From Gammaproteobacteria bacterium (GTDB lineage Bacteria; Pseudomonadota; Gammaproteobacteria; SURF-13): DNA of 64,000 nt. The notes under the pieces are model-generated. The model was not told where the DNA came from, ran no database searches, and worked only from the letters and a program-made list of their open reading frames with translations. The first letter of the stretch is position 1; each line of letters starts with the position of its first letter. Positions 63,157 through 64,000 of the stretch are shown piece after piece. The translations under genes were made by a program, and so were the position numbers. The stretch covers positions 257,536-321,535 of the forward strand of contig JAUXUQ010000002.1 in the NCBI GenBank assembly GCA_030680605.1. Direction: 5' to 3'.

Positions 63157-63252
63157 ATCTTTATAATCAATTAGATTTATCGATCTCCCGCCCTTATCAT
63201 TCTCTTCAAGGTCGCACGACAGCGGTCGAAACGACAGTAACAGCAAGAGGAG

Positions 63253-63735
63253 ATGATGATGAAAACGCAGGAATCAGTGACTGTAAAAAATATTGAGGCC
63301 GCCTTCGCTGGCGAGTCCATGGCTCATATCAAGTACCTGTATTTTGCCGGTATTGCCCGTGCCCATGGCGATGTGGATACGGCCAAGGTGTTCGAGGAGA
63401 CTGCGGCGCAGGAAGTTCAGCACGCCTTCGGACACATGGACCTGCTTTATCCGAAGACCGAGATGGATGTGAAGCAGTGTCTGGAGATGGCCATTGCCGG
63501 TGAGACTTATGAATACACCGAAATGTATCCCAGCTTCCGGCACATGGCGGTCGAGGAAGGCAACAGTGCTGCCGTGGCGGAATACGACGAGCAGATTGCC
63601 GAGTCCAGGGAGCATGCTGAACGCTTCCGTGCCACCCTGGAAAAGGCTGCCAAGCGCTTCGCGGCACTTGCCAAGGTGGAGGAGCGGCATGCCAACAATT
63701 ACCGCGCGACGCTTGCCAAGGTCGCAGCTGCCTAA
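63253..63735 (+). CDS. Rubrerythrin-family (ferritin-like diiron) protein without a rubredoxin domain
   Basis: ExxH diiron ligand pairs (EVQHAF, EYTEMY, ESREHAE). 160 aa. Confidence 0.75.
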   Translation: MMMKTQESVTVKNIEAAFAGESMAHIKYLYFAGIARAHGDVDTAKVFEETAAQEVQHAFGHMDLLYPKTEMDVKQCLEMAIAGETYEYTEMYPSFRHMAVEEGNSAAVAEYDEQIAESREHAERFRATLEKAAKRFAALAKVEERHANNYRATLAKVAAA

Positions 63736-63759
63736 TCGGATAACGGAGGAGATGAAATC

Positions 63760-63933
63760 ATGAAGAAATGGAAATGTGTGGTATGCGGCTTTATCTATGA
63801 CGAGGCTGAGGGCCTGCTCAAGGAGGGGATTGCCCCCGGTACGCGCTGGGAAGATATCCCGGAGAACTGGGCCTGCCCGGAATGCGGCGTCGCCAAGGCC
63901 GATTTCGAGATGGTGTTGATCGAGGCGGCGTAA
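63760..63933 (+). CDS. Rubredoxin (57 aa)
   Basis: [10 protein letters not shown]...WACPECGV, classic CxxCG...CPxCG. GGAGGA RBS. Below the ORF-track cutoff. Confidence 0.88.
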   Translation: MKKWKCVVCGFIYDEAEGLLKEGIAPGTRWEDIPENWACPECGVAKADFEMVLIEAA

Positions 63934-63947
63934 TAGCAGGGAAGCAC

Positions 63948-63990
63948 GGCGGATGAGGGCAACGCCCTCATCCGCTTTTTTATTGCCTGA
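63948..63990 (+). terminator. Rho-independent terminator after rubredoxin (GCGGATGAGGGC-aacg-CCCTCATCCGC + TTTTTTATT)
   Basis: 11-bp stem followed by a U-run. Confidence 0.8.
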
Positions 63991-64000
63991 ACTACCGGGC

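Overview
High-GC (~62%) proteobacterial chromosome segment, probably from a beta/gamma-proteobacterium (sulfur- or iron-oxidiser-like), consisting mostly of core housekeeping genes. Gene order: glcDEF (glycolate oxidase) and tRNA-Asn; a TonB-dependent receptor with a PepSY gene; regBA redox two-component system; prmB, lpxH, ppiA, gltX, cysS; fnr; a catalase-like gene and an alpha-glucan phosphorylase; the AmmeMemoRadiSam trio with PolX and a CBS protein; tRNA-Glu and tRNA-Ala; icd, tal, ilvIHC, pssA, leuA; rmuC, gph, ubiG, mtaD-like, mtnA; the conserved gyrA-serC-serA-pheA-hisC-tyrA-aroA-cmk-rpsA-ihfB-lapAB-pyrF block; mrcB with a downstream TPR lipoprotein; nlpC/P60, oxyR, rubrerythrin and rubredoxin. 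Two clearly foreign low-GC insertions stand out. (1) A 2.8-kb IS1595-family transposon-like unit at 4278-7072 with perfect 26-bp terminal inverted repeats and an 8-bp target-site duplication (AAAGATGT). Besides the transposase it carries a passenger module: an unusual long-variable-arm tRNA-like gene with TCT in the anticodon loop, a second tRNA-like stem-loop element, and three small uncharacterised ORFs. This is the best candidate for an undescribed mobile system in the window. (2) A ~1-kb Mrr (type IV restriction) islet lies between leuA and rmuC. Other signals found: a ~145-nt multi-hairpin RNA-like element with two C(UUCG)G tetraloops and a duplicated tRNA-Glu 3' end, sitting next to tRNA-Glu; two FNR-type boxes between the catalase-like and glucan-phosphorylase genes; a leucine-rich leader peptide upstream of leuA; an OxyR-type palindrome upstream of rubrerythrin-rubredoxin; and REP-like dispersed palindromes. 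No CRISPR array and no rRNA were found.
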